A stretch of DNA of 64,000 bases. Source: the human T2T-CHM13v2.0 reference genome, Homo sapiens. The notes below the pieces were generated by a model that saw only the letters and a program-made list of their open reading frames with translations, did not search any database and was not told the DNA's origin. Positions 14,281 to 25,559 of the stretch are shown piece after piece; position 1 is the stretch's first letter; every line of letters starts with the position of its first letter. The stretch is from the NCBI RefSeq assembly GCF_009914755.1, contig NC_060929.1. One strand, given 5' to 3'. The translations under genes were made by a program, and so were the position numbers.

Positions 14281-14704
14281 CTGGGGACAGAAGAGCAAGA
14301 GGCTATCAACTCCCTTCCAGTGCAGACTCACCCTGTGGCCCTGCCCTCAATGAGCCAGCTCCTCTAAGCCAGTATCACACCCTTGGCCATTTTCACAATC
14401 TCAGATAGGATGCAGAAGTGCACTGCAGTCAGGACAAGGGCCCGGGAGGGAGGAGGCAGAAATGCATGTTGGCACTGGTCCTCAATTCATTTTCCCACCC
14501 CTCTCACACCCACTCTCTGGTATAGCATCTCCACGACTTCCCTCTCAACTGTGTAAGGACATAGTAAGAGGGAATGTGGCTTAAAACAAAGGTTAGCATA
14601 ATAAATCAAGAAAAGATGACTAGAAAAGCTAGAGATAAGGAACGACATCCATGTCTCAATTTTTTGGGCTAATGGAACAGCTGGCGTACAACTACTGCAA
14701 AAAC

Positions 14705-15046
<342 letters not shown>

Positions 15047-15449
15047 TAATTTGCTAACTTTTTCTATAAAGCCATCATCATATTAACGGATCCTAAAGGC
15101 TGATTATTGAAGCCTGATGTGCATTTCCCGAACTAGCAGGGCTGGGGCATGTTGGGGCAGAGGATGCAGGCCAGGGACCCATCGCTGATAGTGCCTGACT
15201 CACAGAGCTGTCTGATGCCCCAAGGCTTGCTTCAGGACGGCCTGTCAGAGGCCAGGCCTCCCACCTGCCTTCCCTTCCTATGGTGGCTTTCCCACCAGTC
15301 AAGCCACGTGAATGTGGCACTTGTGGGACAATGCAAACAGCCAGGTGACAACAGCAGCTACCCATCCTCTGATTTGGAAGCTTCACTGGTTCTCTCTCCT
15401 CACTGAGAAACGGTCACTTCAAGAGTGCCCAGGTAGGAAGGGGCTTTAC

Positions 15450-15499
15450 CTTCATGATGTCCTCAGGTAATTTCCCTTCCTCATCCTCATCTGTTGTAG
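15450..15499 (-). CDS. IRF1: IRF1 exon 8
   Basis: ATTDEDEEGKLPEDIMK; 50 nt; donor AAG|GTAAAG. Confidence 0.97.
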
Positions 15500-15610
15500 C
15501 TGTGGATGGGGAAAGCAGAGAGGTTGGCTGGCAGTCAGCCACACTCACCCTGCAGTTCCAGTTCCAGCCCACCAGATCCCCCTGCCCTTTCTCTGTCTCT
15601 CTGTCTCTCT

Positions 15611-15611
<1 letters not shown>

Positions 15612-15641
<30 letters not shown>
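15612..15641. repeat. (CA)15/(GT)15 microsatellite in IRF1 intron 7
   Basis: Perfect dinucleotide run, at the position of the known polymorphic IRF1 intron-7 GT repeat. Confidence 0.93.
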
Positions 15642-15643
<2 letters not shown>

Positions 15644-16026
15644 CTCCGGGTGGACCTGTCTGCCATAGAGATTCCAGAACAGGACCCTGGCCTGGTGACT
15701 CAGCCTCTCAAACCCTGAAGCCACGCCGCTTCACACCCCTACCCCTCAGATGCTGGGCTACAGAGGAGGAAGGAGAACCAGCACCCCAAAATGCAGCCCC
15801 TGGCCCCCTTCCCTCCTCTCAACAGCCCCCACTGTACTGCAGCCCACTCTGAACTGCCTTCCTAGTGTCCCTGTCGCTTGCCTCCCCCTATGGTGGCTAA
15901 GACTGGGCAATGCCCAACTCAATCAATTCAGTGCCAGGTGGAGTTCTGAGCATCTTTTCTCTCTCAGGAAGCCCTTCACAGGACCCAGACAGTCAAGCAG
16001 GCAGGCCAGGCCCCAGGAGCACCAAC

Positions 16027-16149
16027 CTTCAGAGGTGGAGGGCATGGGTGACACCTGGAAGTTGTACAGATCACTGGTGCTGTCCGGCACAACTTCCACT
16101 GGGATGTGCCAGTCGGGGAGAGTGCTGCTGACAGCACACGGCGACAGTG
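16027..16149 (-). CDS. IRF1: IRF1 exon 7
   Basis: ALSPCAVSSTLPDWHIPVEVVPDSTSDLYNFQVSPMPSTSE; 123 nt. Confidence 0.98.
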
Positions 16150-16332
16150 CTGGGGGACAGCAGAAGCCACAGGTCAAGGTTGTGTGCTTTCTTAGTTTGC
16201 AAGACATCGAGCGCCCCCCGACCAACCCTGCAGCCTGCACTAATGGGCCACCATGTGCCAGCACCATGCCTCCAAGAGAAAGAGTCATCCCACTGACCTG
16301 TGGGGTCCCCTGCCAGACCTGGACCAGCTCAC

Positions 16333-16462
16333 CTGGAGTCAGGGCCTGCTCCACCTCCAAGTCCTGCATGTAGCCTGGAACTGTGTAGCTGCTGTGGTCA
16401 TCAGGCAGAGTGGAGCTGCTGAGTCCATCAGAGAAGGTATCAGGGCTGGAATCCCCACATGA
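16333..16462 (-). CDS. IRF1: IRF1 exon 6
   Basis: SCGDSSPDTFSDGLSSSTLPDDHSSYTVPGYMQDLEVEQALTP; 130 nt. Confidence 0.98.
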
Positions 16463-16570
16463 CTGTCGAGGGAGAAAGCAGCTTAGGCCCAGGCCCACCT
16501 TAGCATTTCTTCCACTGCTCACCCTGGCCCACAGGTGACCAAAGGCCTGGCTGCTTAGGACCACACTCAC

Positions 16571-16620
16571 CTTCCTCTTGGCCTTGCTCTTAGCATCTCG
16601 GCTGGACTTCGACTTTCTTT
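16571..16620 (-). CDS. IRF1: IRF1 exon 5 (basic NLS region)
   Basis: [17 protein letters not shown]; 50 nt; donor AAG|GTGAGT. Confidence 0.97.
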
Positions 16621-16729
16621 CTGTGGGGCAGACGGGCTGTCAGCCTTGGTGCAGGCTCTCCAGCCCCAGCTGACCTCCTTCTACCCTCCCTCCCTGAGGG
16701 CTTCCCAAGGACCCAGAGTCCTTGGATAC

Positions 16730-16906
16730 CTTTTCTCTGGTTCTTGGTGAGAGGTGGAAGCATCCGGTACACTCGCACAGCTGAGCTGCCCTTGTTCCTG
16801 CTCTGGTCTTTCACCTCCTCGATATCTGGCAGGGAGTTCATGGCACAGCGAAAGTTGGCCTTCCACGTCTTGGGATCTGGCTCCTTTTCCCCTGCTTTGT
16901 ATCGGC
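16730..16906 (-). CDS. IRF1: IRF1 exon 4
   Basis: [59 protein letters not shown]; 177 nt; AG/GT flanks. Confidence 0.98.
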
Positions 16907-17701
16907 CTAGAGGGCAGGAGAAAAAAGAGGATCGTCAGGGCCATGGGTAGGGATCCTCAGCTGCCCCTGGCCTGAAGGAGGAAGGCAAGGTACCCCTGAC
17001 CTCTTATGCTACCAGAGAGCCACAGTGGTCAAACCAGCAGGTACTCCCGGTGACACTCTGCAGGTCCTAGGCCCTGGGCCTTCTCAAATGCCCAGGCTTG
17101 GCTTAAACACATCTAGCGGGCCTCAGTGAAGGGCCCAGCCAGAAGCACTAGAGTCCCCATATCCCCAAAGTGTACTATCTGTGTCTCAGACTATGCCCAG
17201 TCTTCCTCCTTGGGCTATCAGCAGCCAGAGGGTAGAGTGGGCACAGACTGGGCAGCAGAGAACAGTTACTGAATGGGTGGGCTGACTGTTCTGAGATGGG
17301 CCTAGAGCTCCATCTCTCAAGGATAAAGGAGGCCACCAACCACATGAGGCTTGGACCAAGGGCCTTGGTCAACACGAAGAAAAAGGCAGACCTGGGTCTC
17401 TTTCAGTGCCCTGGCTTACAGCTGCTTTTCACAGATGCTTTTGCCAGGGAGAACTTTCATCTAGCCACAAACCCCCTGAAGCCACACACTTTCTAAGATC
17501 TTGGCTTTTCCCTTTGAGAATTTGCTGAGATGATCGACTCTCTTCTCCAGAAACACAAGTCTGCCACCAGCCCCTCTTCCCAGTAATTCTGCATGTTGTC
17601 TCGGGGAGCTCAGGGACCCCAGTGAAGAGCCTCTGTGTTAACGTGAGTGCCTCCTCTTGTCTCTACCCTGGGCTTCCTAGGCCTGAGTCCCAGGCACACA
17701 C

Positions 17702-17801
17702 CTGTGTGAATGGCCCAGCTCCGGAACAAACAGGCATCCTTGTTGATGTCCCAGCCATGCTTGGCAGCATGCTTCCATGGGATCTGGAAGATCATCTCCT
17801 C
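17702..17801 (-). CDS. IRF1: IRF1 exon 3
   Basis: [33 protein letters not shown](G); 100 nt; AG/GT flanks. Confidence 0.98.
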
Positions 17802-18229
17802 CTGAACAATACACACATACACATAAGGCTGTGTCAGGTCAGAGACCACAGACTTTGGGGCTGAGTCTGAGACCCAGGCCTGCCCAGCCAGACAGGTCTG
17901 AGAAAAGGCTGACTTCCCCTTTTTTCCCCTGACATCTGGCTTGGACTGACCCATCTTGAGGCTGGCTTAAACAGACCACTCTGGATCTCTCAGGAGGGAC
18001 ACCTAGTTTGGACGAGCTGCAGCATTATTAGCTCACAAAGACCTCCCTCTGCCTGTTACACATGTGCTAGGACCCACACAGGGCACCCTCCCCCAAAGCC
18101 CTGGTTTTGAAGCTCTGGGATGTTTCTCTCTGGCTTGTAAGCACCCACAAGGAAGTAAGAACTTCTTCCATTAGAAAGGACTCCTCAGGACACCTGGGAG
18201 CATGGGCTCTTACACAGGGGGTCCTGGTC

Positions 18230-18690
18230 ATACCACTGAGGGAGCTCTGGGCTAGACTTGGATGGTGAACACTGTGTAACCCTGGCATTGTCACTGTATC
18301 TCTTTGCCCCTCAGTTTTCTCTTCTCGGAAATGAGAAAACATATCCAACAAAATTTTGAGGATTAAAAACCAGAGGATGTGTAGGGACACAGTGACAAAT
18401 ATGAAGTCTAAGGTCTTACTGTTATTATATCACTTATGGTTAACAGTAAAGATTTCTGAGTCAGACCGTTCAAGTTCAAATCTTGGCTTCATCACTTTTT
18501 GTGTGATCTTATGATCTACCTCTCAGTGCCTCTGTTTACTTATCTGAAAATGATGACATTAGTAAGATCTACCCCACAGGACTACTGCGAGGATTAAATG
18601 ACACAATGTAAATAACATACTTAGCAGGTGCCAGGCACACAGGGAGTGTTCAGTAAGCATTAGCTATTATTATGAATACTATCATTGCTA
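18230..18690. mobile_element. MIR fragments in IRF1 intron 2
   Basis: CCTCAGTTTTCTC...AAATGAG, TTCAAATCTTGGCT and GAGGATTAAATGA are MIR core motifs. Confidence 0.6.
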
Positions 18691-19169
18691 CTAAGTCTAT
18701 AGGGTCTATGTTGCCCCAAGTGCACCAGCTATAGGCTTCTTGGGCCAGAGTGACTGGTGCAAGATTAACTCGTTTGTCCTCTGCTAAGCCAGGCACGTTT
18801 CTGCCCAGCAGCATCCACTTCTCAGTCTTCTATTTGTTCGATTGGAGCCCTGCAGAGTGCTGTGTATGTTTGTAAGGGTCTCGCTTAGAGGAGAGCAGAA
18901 CTCCAGCTCTGCAGATGCTGGAAAGTCTTGCTGCTGGAAACTGGAAGTGCCTTCAGGTGGGTGCCCTACCTCAAGAAGGGAAGAAGGCAGGAGTCATGCA
19001 AGTGAGGCCCAGGCTGGGCCGTGCACACTCCCTGCATGCAGGACCCACTGGGAGAAACACCTGCTTGTCCCGTTATCACTTCCCTTTTTGAGCTGCATCT
19101 GAAGCTTTGGTCCCTCCAGAAGTACATGGGTTAAAACAGTGGCAGGAAAACCCAAAGAGTTACACTCAC

Positions 19170-19256
19170 TTTATTAATCCAGATGAGCCCCGGGATTTGG
19201 TTGGAATTAATCTGCATCTCTAGCCAGGGTCTCATGCGCATCCGAGTGATGGGCAT
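19170..19256 (-). CDS. IRF1: IRF1 exon 2 coding part (aa 1-29, start of the tryptophan-repeat DNA-binding domain); whole exon 19170-19261
   Basis: ag|CCAAC ATG CCC ATC...; [29 protein letters not shown]; donor AAA|GTGAGT; 87 nt. Confidence 0.98.
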
Positions 19257-20322
19257 GTTGGCTGTAAAGAGAACACAGAGGCTCCAGTCTGGAATCTGTT
19301 GAACAGTACCTGGGCAGTGACCTGCCCCACCCGAGGTCACTTAGTTACCCTCCCCTCACCTCAGCCAGCTGCTAGGTACTACACTCAGTGCGGAGGGGAG
19401 CTGCGCTGGAATAAAACTGCTCTCCAAATTTTTTCAGCATCTTAGGCAAAAATGCTTTTGCCCCTTCCTTCAGCCCCTCCCAGCCAGTCTCTGGAGGAGA
19501 CAGGCATGCAAGTGATGGCTTCAGGATTCATATGCAGGAAAAGAGACAAAATGCACAGATACCCTAATTTCAGAACTTTTCGCTCAAAATTCAAATCCTT
19601 TGGGAAGGGAGGGACTTCTTTTGCTTGATGCCAAGAAGAAATTCCCTTGACTTGAGTTGTAACCACTAGCTAGCAAAGGGCTAGCCGTCACCCTGAACAG
19701 CCCCCTCCCGCCCCCCTGAATCCATTCTACGCCTTCCTGACAGCCACAGCGCCCACAACGCTAAGACCAGGACGCTAACCCTTCCGGCCCGGTTTCCCCT
19801 CCTCTGGAGAAGTGGCCCAAGGAACACCTGTGGCGCCTCTTCCCGCAGTCTCCGTAGGTCACGATTCCCTCCAGCCACCTGGGCAGTAAGCCAGCCCTTG
19901 CCACCAGCACAGGGAGCCCAAAACCTGGCGCCTGGGCGCGGAGCTGGGACCGCCGAAAGCCGGGAGCACTGGGCGCCCACGCGTGGGCTGACACTCGGTC
20001 CCCGGCACGGCGTGTGGATGCGCGGGACGAACATAGCGGGCCACCTACAGGCCCCTGGCGGCTGCGCGCACGCAGATCTGCGAAAGCTGCCGGGCGCCGG
20101 CAGCCTCGTCCGGGTGGGCGGTCCACGCCGCGTCCCGCCCTCCCCGCGCCGCGGCCCGCGGCTCGCAGCTCCTCCGGCGCCCCCCGGAGCCCGCGCGGAG
20201 GCCCGGGCAACGCCGCGCGCCGGCGAGTCTCCAGCCTGGAGCTTTCGACCCCCCACTTCCTGGTGCCCCGCGCGCCTTTTATTCGACGCCGCCGGTGCCC
20301 CGCGCCTCAAAGGCGTACTCAC

Positions 20323-20551
20323 CTCTGCTGCAGGAGCGATTCGGCGGTCGCGCGCGAGGGTCCCGGCGACGCAGGGGCTGCAGTGAGGGCGCGCGAAGCG
20401 CGACTCCGAGTGGAAGAGGGAAGAAGGCAGAGGTTGCCGGGTTCTTAAGGCCGCCGGGCACGGCCGGCGTGGACTGGGCACGGCTCCGGGTGGCCTCGGT
20501 TCGGCGGGGCTCGGGCGCACGTCTTGCCTCGACTAAGGAGTGGCGAGCTCT
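20323..20551 (-). other. IRF1: IRF1 exon 1 (non-coding 5'UTR)
   Basis: Donor CAGCAGAG|GTGAGT at 20323/20322, inside the CpG island; the 5' end is approximate. Confidence 0.88.
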
Positions 20552-20591
20552 GCCAGGGCAGCGGCGCCACCGAGCAATCCAAACACTTAGC

Positions 20592-20678
20592 GGGATTCCC
20601 CAGCCCTGGCCGGCCCCGCCCCCGGACAGCCGCGCGGGCGCCCATTGGCCGGCTGCGTGCCGTCATTTCGGGGAAATC
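20592..20678 (-). promoter_or_regulatory. IRF1: IRF1 proximal promoter: kB site (20592-20601), GC box (20614-20622), CCAAT (20644-20648), GAS TTTCCCCGAAA (20666-20676)
   Basis: Minus strand GGGGAATCCC, GGGGCGGGG, CCAAT and GATTTCCCCGAAATGACG match the classical IFN-gamma/STAT1- and NF-kB-responsive IRF1 promoter; no obvious TATA box. Confidence 0.92.
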
Positions 20679-23600
20679 AGGCTGTTGTAGAGCTAGCGGC
20701 GAAGGGGAAGTACAGGGCGGCTGCTCCGCCCCACCCTCTCCGGCCGGGCGCCACCGCCCCGGGGCCACCGCGGGCCCGCCCCGAGCGCTCCCAATCCACC
20801 CCTGCTCCGGCTTGCCCGGAGGAGGGCTGCCCGGGACAGCCCAGCGCCCCTGGCCCCAGCCTGTCCTCTCACTCCGCCTTGTCCCAGCCGGCTGGCTCCT
20901 GGGGCCATCTTTTCACCCTCCTGGCGGGGCGGGGGCGGGGGTATATCTCCCGAACGCAGGTGAGGGGATCGCCCGGGCACTTGCCGCCCTCTCCAGTGGG
21001 AACACTGGGCCGAATCTCCCGACTGGCAGCCTGGCTCCTCAAGCTTGCCAGTGGGATATCAAGAAGGGAGGGTTTCAGTCCTAGCACTACCCCTGTTTTT
21101 AGGGGTGACCCCCTCCCTCCAGGTCACTCACCTGCCCTGGGGAAGTGAAGAAGGCAGAAAGCCTACCCTGCCCCGTGTGCTGTCTGGGGCTGCTGGACCA
21201 GGGGAAATCCCAACTTGGCCGCTGCTGGCACAGCCCCCAAGGGACGCAGGACCTCTGTTTTTCAACCATAAAATAATAGTAGCCCTACCTTGATGGTTTG
21301 CTGTGATGGGAAGAGATTGTAAAGCACTATGCTCCACTCGGGCAACAGACGCTGAGTAGTTTTCAAGGTCGCCGTTGCAGGGTCTAATAGTGACCAGGAT
21401 GACACCCCACCCCTTTTCGGTCTGCCTCCCTGGGACTCCCCCTGGCTGGCTTTAGGGAACAGAGGAGGAGAAGGGGTTCAGAGAAGCCCAGACGGCTGAG
21501 TGAGGGTAGGGGTGGGCTAGCTCTGATCCCTCCTAGCACTCTTGCCTCAGGCCGCCTCCAGAGCCTCCCTGTGGCCCGCGTATGGGAGTTCCGCAATGGA
21601 AGCATTGCTGTCATCTCTGAGTCCCCAGGGCTTGGCCCAGAGAGGTTCTGGGCAGCATGGAGGAATTAGCTCAGGGCTGATCAACGCCATGGGGCTAGCC
21701 AAAGGGTTGGGGAGCCCAGGTCCCATGCTCCTTGGTAAGGCCCCTACTTAACTCTCGCGCACAACTAGTCCCCGCCCCACGTATAGTCCTAGAGACTTGA
21801 CTGGGTGTTCATTTTCCATCCAAAACTCTGGCCCAGGAGGCTTCTTCCTTCATCTCCCTAAAGCTCCTGCAGAAGTAAGTTACTCTCCCAGGCGTGTCAT
21901 TTCCTTCACCCCAGCTCTCCCTCCAGGGCAGCACCCCATTTTGCAGGCTATAAATAGACACACCCATGCAACATTCGACTTGCCAGTCACTCTACCTCCC
22001 TCCCGTAGAGGAAATGCATGGGTTAATCCCATTCTGGCGCATTGCAATCTGAGTGCTGTGACCAATGCCAAACCTGGTTCCCAGGATACCAGCAGGAATG
22101 GGCAAAACTGTCTACCAGATAGAGGTGGGTCAGGAGCTAGGAGAGGAAAGGAGGTAGGAGAAACTGAGGAAGGAACCTAACTGAGTGTTAAGCAAAGTGG
22201 AGGGCAATGACACTCTGGAATGGAAAGGTGGGTTTTGGGGTACTTTAAGTGACAAATGGAAGTGGGGACTTGCTACAGGGACCAAGACCTTCTGAGCAAG
22301 AATAAGAGAAAACAAGTGACCCCTGAGTCGTGGGATCCTTTCTTGGTACAGCAAATAGATGCTTGTCCTTCCCCTGAGAACCTGACACATCCACTGGAAA
22401 ATTCAGGATGAGATTAGGGAAAGGAAGTTTGCATCTTTGTGGTCTGATAAGTTGACCACAGTGACCCTGTGAAGGCAACAGGACACTATAAAAAATGCTT
22501 TAAAACAAAAACTTAATTTTAATTCACAGATACAGGTATAAATATACCCGTATATGCATATGTATATTTAGCCATAATGAGCATCTTTCCATGTCATGAA
22601 ATGTACTTATGCAATGTCATTTGTAATAGGTATACATTATTCTTTCACAAGGATAAATAAAAATTTACCCAATTAATCCCCTATTGTAGGACAGTTAGGT
22701 TATTTCCATTTTTTCGTAATACAAACAACACTATTAGCTAAATCTTTGTGCATATCAATAATTTTTTGCTTAGGAGAAATTCCCCAGTTAGGATTTACCA
22801 ATGAAACTGTCATTTACATTTACATCTTTGACCTTTTTTTTTTTTTTAACCTTAGGGATTCTTACTTTATTTTGAAGCCTGTAAGAATATGCTTATTATG
22901 ACTAGGGGTGCTATACTCCAAATCAGTGAAATAAAGCTAAGCCATGTTTAAGTACCCAACATTTTTATTGTAATGGCTTTTGATGAATCACATTCTAAGA
23001 TGTAGAACATTCTGTGATCCCCAGCAGAACACATAGGCTCCTGTAGGCTCTTATTAATTCGGAGCCAGCCCTTTTCTTTCCCACCTGGTCTTCTGGGTCT
23101 TCCTTCCCTGTATCGGGTTGTGATTTCATAGTCCAGGACCAGACTATTGTTGCCCCAACCTCCCCTTGGGCCTCCTTGCCTTGCCCAGGTAGATGGGGAA
23201 GATGGTGCCTCTGCACTGGAATGATCTCCCTAACTCGGATGATCTCCCTAACACTCGGGGCCACCCAGGAGCCTTCTGAGCTCCCCTACATTCAGCCCCA
23301 CATTCAAATCTCTGCTCAGTCTTGTCCTGGGGTCCCATTCCAACCTTCTGTCCCTGACAGCTTCCCTACCCTTGGCAGTAGGGAAGATGAAACTAAAGGG
23401 GGATGAAAAGAGAACACAGGATTTGAGTCTGAAAGCCTGGGTTCTTATTGTGCTTTTTCCACTTGCTATGTGATCTTAGCAAGTTACTGTCCCTCTCTGG
23501 GGCTCAGTTTTCTCATCTGTAAAATAGAGATAATCTCTCTCCATCTCTCCTAATTGTAAAATTAGACTATCAAAATTATTTCCAAACTGTAAGACATAAG

Positions 23601-24680
23601 TCAAATGAAATGTATGAACAGGAACGCATGAACCTTTCACTGTATTTCCATTATCTGAACACACTGTGTTTGTCCCCTCATCCCTGTCTCCTCAGGATAC
23701 TTGGCAACACTCACCCTCTCTCCATCTCTCTCTCCCTTGCCCACCCCACCACTTCAATCTCTGTGTCTTTTTTTAAGGCCCAGAGCATATGCCTGATCTC
23801 TTCAAAATGCCCGCAAAGCAACCAACCAGAAGTCCTTTCTTTTCCCTCCTTGGACCCTTTGGTCCTTAACTTTCCTACGTTTCCTTTTCACCACTGGTCA
23901 CTTTCTACATGGTGGGAACAAACTCTACATTTTTTCTGTGAGAAAAAGAACTCTCCATGTTTTCTGTGAGAAATCTAAGCAGGTTCCTCATGCCCAGCAG
24001 CTGAAGCGAGCTAGGGGTTAGCTGAGGGTAGCCAGCACCCTGCACTGTGCAAGGTCTTCCTTACAGATGCCTCTCATCCATAGCCTCACTCAATGAGGGT
24101 GAATTCATTGTGTGGCCTCTCTGTATTGGGACCTGGATTTTTCTGTGCTGGCAAGAGGAGGCTAACTGGCTGGCAGGGGCTCCTTTGAAGTGACTTCTGC
24201 AATCAGGATGCTGAAGGCAAGATCATCTCACACACACATTCACACACCCTGTGGGAGCCTCTACCCTGACAGACAATTCTTGTCCCCAGTCCCCTCCCTC
24301 AGGCTCTCAAAACACTGTTCACCCCCTAAGTGGGCTGCAGTTAGTCCTGAAGCCCAGAAGCATGGCTCCCAACATGTCACCATGCACACACACATCAATG
24401 CACAGGGCCACACGGACCACACTAAGGTGATGCCGCCATCCTTGCACTCCCCCGAAGAGTGGCTACCATGGTAGGCACTCAGTAAATCCTAGTTAAGTTG
24501 ATGTGTGACCCCTCTTCCTCTGGAGTTTAGTGTTCCTTCTATCTCAGATTATGAATTCTCTCAGATACAGACATTTCTTGGCAACCTGTGGTTAAATCCT
24601 CTGCTGATAGAGATGAGTGTGTGCTCAGAAATGAGAGTTTGTGAGAGCTGAGGTGCAGGTGCCAGTGAGGTTTAAACTAG

Positions 24681-24984
<304 letters not shown>

Positions 24985-25559
24985 TGAACTAGGTTTTCGA
25001 CTGGGAGACCTGCTACCTGTGGAGCCTGCTACCCAGAGAGGGGGCCACGGTCCCCAAAGCAGACAAACTCCCCAGCATGCCTTCCAGGTTCCAGGTCCAG
25101 AAGTAGTAGGGCTCTCTGAAATGCTCAAAGCCTTCATCTCGATTTTCACAGAAACCTGGGAGGCAGGCAGTCCTAAACTGTGAATTGCAGAACACAAGCC
25201 AGAAATAAAAGCATCCAAAAGCTTGAAGGCAGAATCCAAGGGTCATCACCCTGCCTGCAAGGAGCCTAACTGGAGAGAAAGAAAGTCCCTTAATTCATTC
25301 AACACATATGAATCACGCAGGCCTGCTTTTTGGTGAACCCCAGGTTTGGTTCTGGAGATACACTGGGGCACCAGACCAGCCCCTCCCCTCTCAAAGGTTT
25401 GGCAAAATATGCTGTATGACACAGCAGAATAAACGTTGCACTGTTATAAAATTCCTAAATGCAGAATGTGGGGCTGAAGCTGGCTGGAAAATCACTAGGG
25501 GGTCATGATAGAATACTGAGCCAAGGAATTGCTCCAGTGCTCAGGGCTGTTCCGGAACC

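Larger units (their letters stand above)
19690..21030. promoter_or_regulatory. CpG island over the IRF1 promoter, exon 1 and part of intron 1
   Basis: Very high GC and CpG density; tandem Sp1 boxes at 20923-20941; EGR site GCGTGGGCG (minus, 19974-19982). Confidence 0.9.

Noticed and set aside
15124-15132. GAS-like TTTCCCGAA in intron 8
   Set aside because: Spacing is TTC-N2-GAA, not the N3 consensus; isolated.
15750-16373. 207-aa plus-strand ORF antisense to IRF1 exons 6-7
   Set aside because: No recognisable homology or splice context; likely a shadow of the sense-strand open frame.
19681-21148. ORFs of 130-279 aa around the IRF1 promoter
   Set aside because: CpG-island artefacts overlapping exon 1 and intron 1; exon 1 is non-coding.
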